A stretch of 64,000 nucleotides of DNA from Candidatus Poribacteria bacterium (GTDB lineage: Bacteria; Poribacteria; WGA-4E; PCPOR2b), in NCBI GenBank assembly GCA_965218095.1, contig OZ244587.1, positions 3,872,001-3,936,000 on the forward strand, written 5' to 3'. This document shows, piece after piece, positions 62,444 through 64,000 of this stretch; the first letter of the stretch is position 1; each line of letters starts with the position of its first letter. The notes under the pieces are model-generated. The model searched no databases, was not told the origin of the DNA, and saw only the letters and a program-made list of their open reading frames with translations. Both the position numbers and the translations under genes were made by a program.

Positions 62444-63769
62444 ATGAGCAGCTATTTTATTGAATCCTTTAATATAACCAAGCTGTGGGGTTATCGAGAC
62501 ATTAACCTAACTTTTAACAACGATGTGAATATATTGATAGGTCCAAATGCCTCCGGTAAAACCACTATTTTGAACCTCCTTCACTCTATCTTATCAGCCA
62601 ATTTACGAAGTGTCTCAGATGTTAATTTTGACCAAGCAGAGATTAAGTTGAGGAGTTTCAAAGGTAGATCTGAACGCACAATTAAGGTTGACACTGCTAA
62701 TGGGATATTCAGTGTAGGACAGAAAAAATTTAAGATTGATATGATTGCTATTGCTAATCGAAAACTTCCCGAATCCCAGGACCCCTTTGAGAAAGGCTTT
62801 GAAAAAGGTAGCTATATCAGGGGAACGGCTTTTCGAAGTTTTGTTATACATACTTTCAGAGAGAAAATGGTAATAGAGGAACTTTATGATGAATTAACTG
62901 CTTTAGTTCCTATTGTGTGGCTCCCCGTTAGTCGTCGTTTACCTGTAACAGAGGATGAGAAAGAATCGCATACAAGGACAGGTCCTTTAGAATCGGTAGA
63001 CTTGCGGCTTGATGAATTGCTCGATGAACTTTCTGACTATCACTCTGGCTTAAACGCACAACTTTCTAAACATTATAGGAAATTTGAGCATCAAGCCTTA
63101 TCAGTGATACTGTATAGTGAAGAAGATGACCAACTTGATTCAATTCCTCCTTCATTCCCAACCCAAGCGGAAAAGGAGCAATTGCTGAGAGCTTTTGAGG
63201 CTGCTGGCCTTTTAGATGAGCAGATGCGAATCAGAATTGATGAGCATTTTGCTGAAATGGGAAAGGTGTTGGAGACGATTCGTGAAATCAAAGACATTGA
63301 TTCGGACTCAGGTTTAGAAGATCTCCTTGAGCTCCTGCTTATCCGTCGAACACATTCTATGGTAGGATACGCTAGAGAGCTCGAAGAGGATAGAGAGCGT
63401 ATTTTTAAACCCTTGCGAGATTATGAGGAAACTGTTAATTCATTTTTGGATGGAAAATCTGTTAAAGTTGATGAAAGGGGTAAGTTAAAAATTGAGTCTT
63501 CTTCATTATCGGCTTTGAATCCACATCACTTGTCCTCGGGTGAAAAACAGATTCTGATTTTACTCACCGAAGCCCTTCTTCGATTTGATGAGCCGGTAGT
63601 CTATATTGCAGATGAGCCAGAGTTGTCGCTTCATGTGACTTGGCAGGAAAAGCTTTTGGAGTCTTTGGTAAAGCTTGGTGGACAAATACAGGCAATTGTT
63701 GCAACGCACTCCCCCGATATTGTTGGGAAATTTAGGGATAAAGTTATAAATTTGGGAGGGACAAGCTAA
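62444..63769 (+). CDS. AAA_15/AAA_21 ABC-type ATPase (defence-associated, AriA/PtuA/OLD-like)
   Basis: GPNASGKT, LSSGEKQ, IADEPELSLH and ATHSP motifs; lower GC than the flanks. Confidence 0.9.
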   Translation: MSSYFIESFNITKLWGYRDINLTFNNDVNILIGPNASGKTTILNLLHSILSANLRSVSDVNFDQAEIKLRSFKGRSERTIKVDTANGIFSVGQKKFKIDMIAIANRKLPESQDPFEKGFEKGSYIRGTAFRSFVIHTFREKMVIEELYDELTALVPIVWLPVSRRLPVTEDEKESHTRTGPLESVDLRLDELLDELSDYHSGLNAQLSKHYRKFEHQALSVILYSEEDDQLDSIPPSFPTQAEKEQLLRAFEAAGLLDEQMRIRIDEHFAEMGKVLETIREIKDIDSDSGLEDLLELLLIRRTHSMVGYARELEEDRERIFKPLRDYEETVNSFLDGKSVKVDERGKLKIESSSLSALNPHHLSSGEKQILILLTEALLRFDEPVVYIADEPELSLHVTWQEKLLESLVKLGGQIQAIVATHSPDIVGKFRDKVINLGGTS

Positions 63770-63978
63770 TGGCGTTTTCACGAACACCCTCGGGGGTAGC
63801 TGCAAAATATCTTTTTGTTTATGTAAAGGACCATACCGATATTCCTCACCATCCAACCCGACAGGATTCGCAGCGAAAAAAGAAACCGAAATTGGATTGG
63901 ATTGGCGGCTTAAAGGAATATCGGGATCAGTATACAGCGCTTGAACTACAGAAAAAAGCGTTAGACTGGAGGGATTAG
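63769..63978 (+). pseudogene. Chimeric ORF: stub of the ATPase partner (DUF4435-like) joined to the C-terminus of a DUF2281-like antitoxin
   Basis: Translationally coupled start (TAATG) MAFSRTPSGVAAKYLF; tail KPKLDWIGGLKEYRDQYTALELQKKALDWRD; family calls are from recall. Confidence 0.5.
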
Positions 63979-64000
63979 TGTACCTAATAGATACCAACAT
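63978..64000 (+). CDS. Start of a PIN-domain (VapC-like) toxin, cut by the window end
   Basis: GTG overlaps the upstream TAG; reads MYLIDTN. Confidence 0.65.

Noticed and set aside
1-64000. CRISPR array, tRNA or rRNA genes
   Set aside because: No regularly spaced repeat-spacer series, cloverleaf or rRNA-like segment was seen by eye; a dedicated scan was not run
1-64000. Genome-wide reassignment of TAG (code 15 or pyrrolysine)
   Set aside because: TAG terminates apparently complete genes (11622, 17737, 56550, 62251), the internal TAGs replace different expected residues, and no pyl genes are in the window

Overview
A 64-kb bacterial chromosome segment of roughly 50% GC (estimated by eye), with lower-GC patches at dusB, the restriction-modification locus and the terminal ATPase. 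Five PhyH-family dioxygenases, TolB/PD40 and HEAT-repeat proteins, a C-terminal VxPxGKxxxTWGxLK motif and many sugar epimerase/isomerase genes suggest Candidatus Poribacteria (inference from gene content; no marker gene is present). Housekeeping genes are panB, dusB, ino1, thiO, thiS, an alkaline phosphatase and a class V aminotransferase. The region is heavily eroded, with about ten IS copies or fragments (IS5-like x4, a TGAGGGG-ended DDE family x4, IS982, IS3), at least six MITE-like elements and about a dozen pseudogenes, many broken by one in-frame stop, mostly TAG. The main leads are: (i) a PhyH paralogue whose HxD iron motif is HxG, a halogenase-type signature; (ii) a DDE IS family that stacks end-to-end across NTAA spacers, with one perfectly palindromic IS/MITE junction; (iii) an AhbD-like radical SAM enzyme and a small neighbour that both end in a PCP_red-like module; (iv) a structured, possibly switchable leader upstream of panB; (v) a putative lineage-specific C-terminal sorting signal plus a SprA-like large outer-membrane protein; (vi) the start of a defence island (SNF2-DUF3883 helicase, ABC ATPase, truncated partner, vapBC). 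No rRNA, tRNA or CRISPR array was seen.
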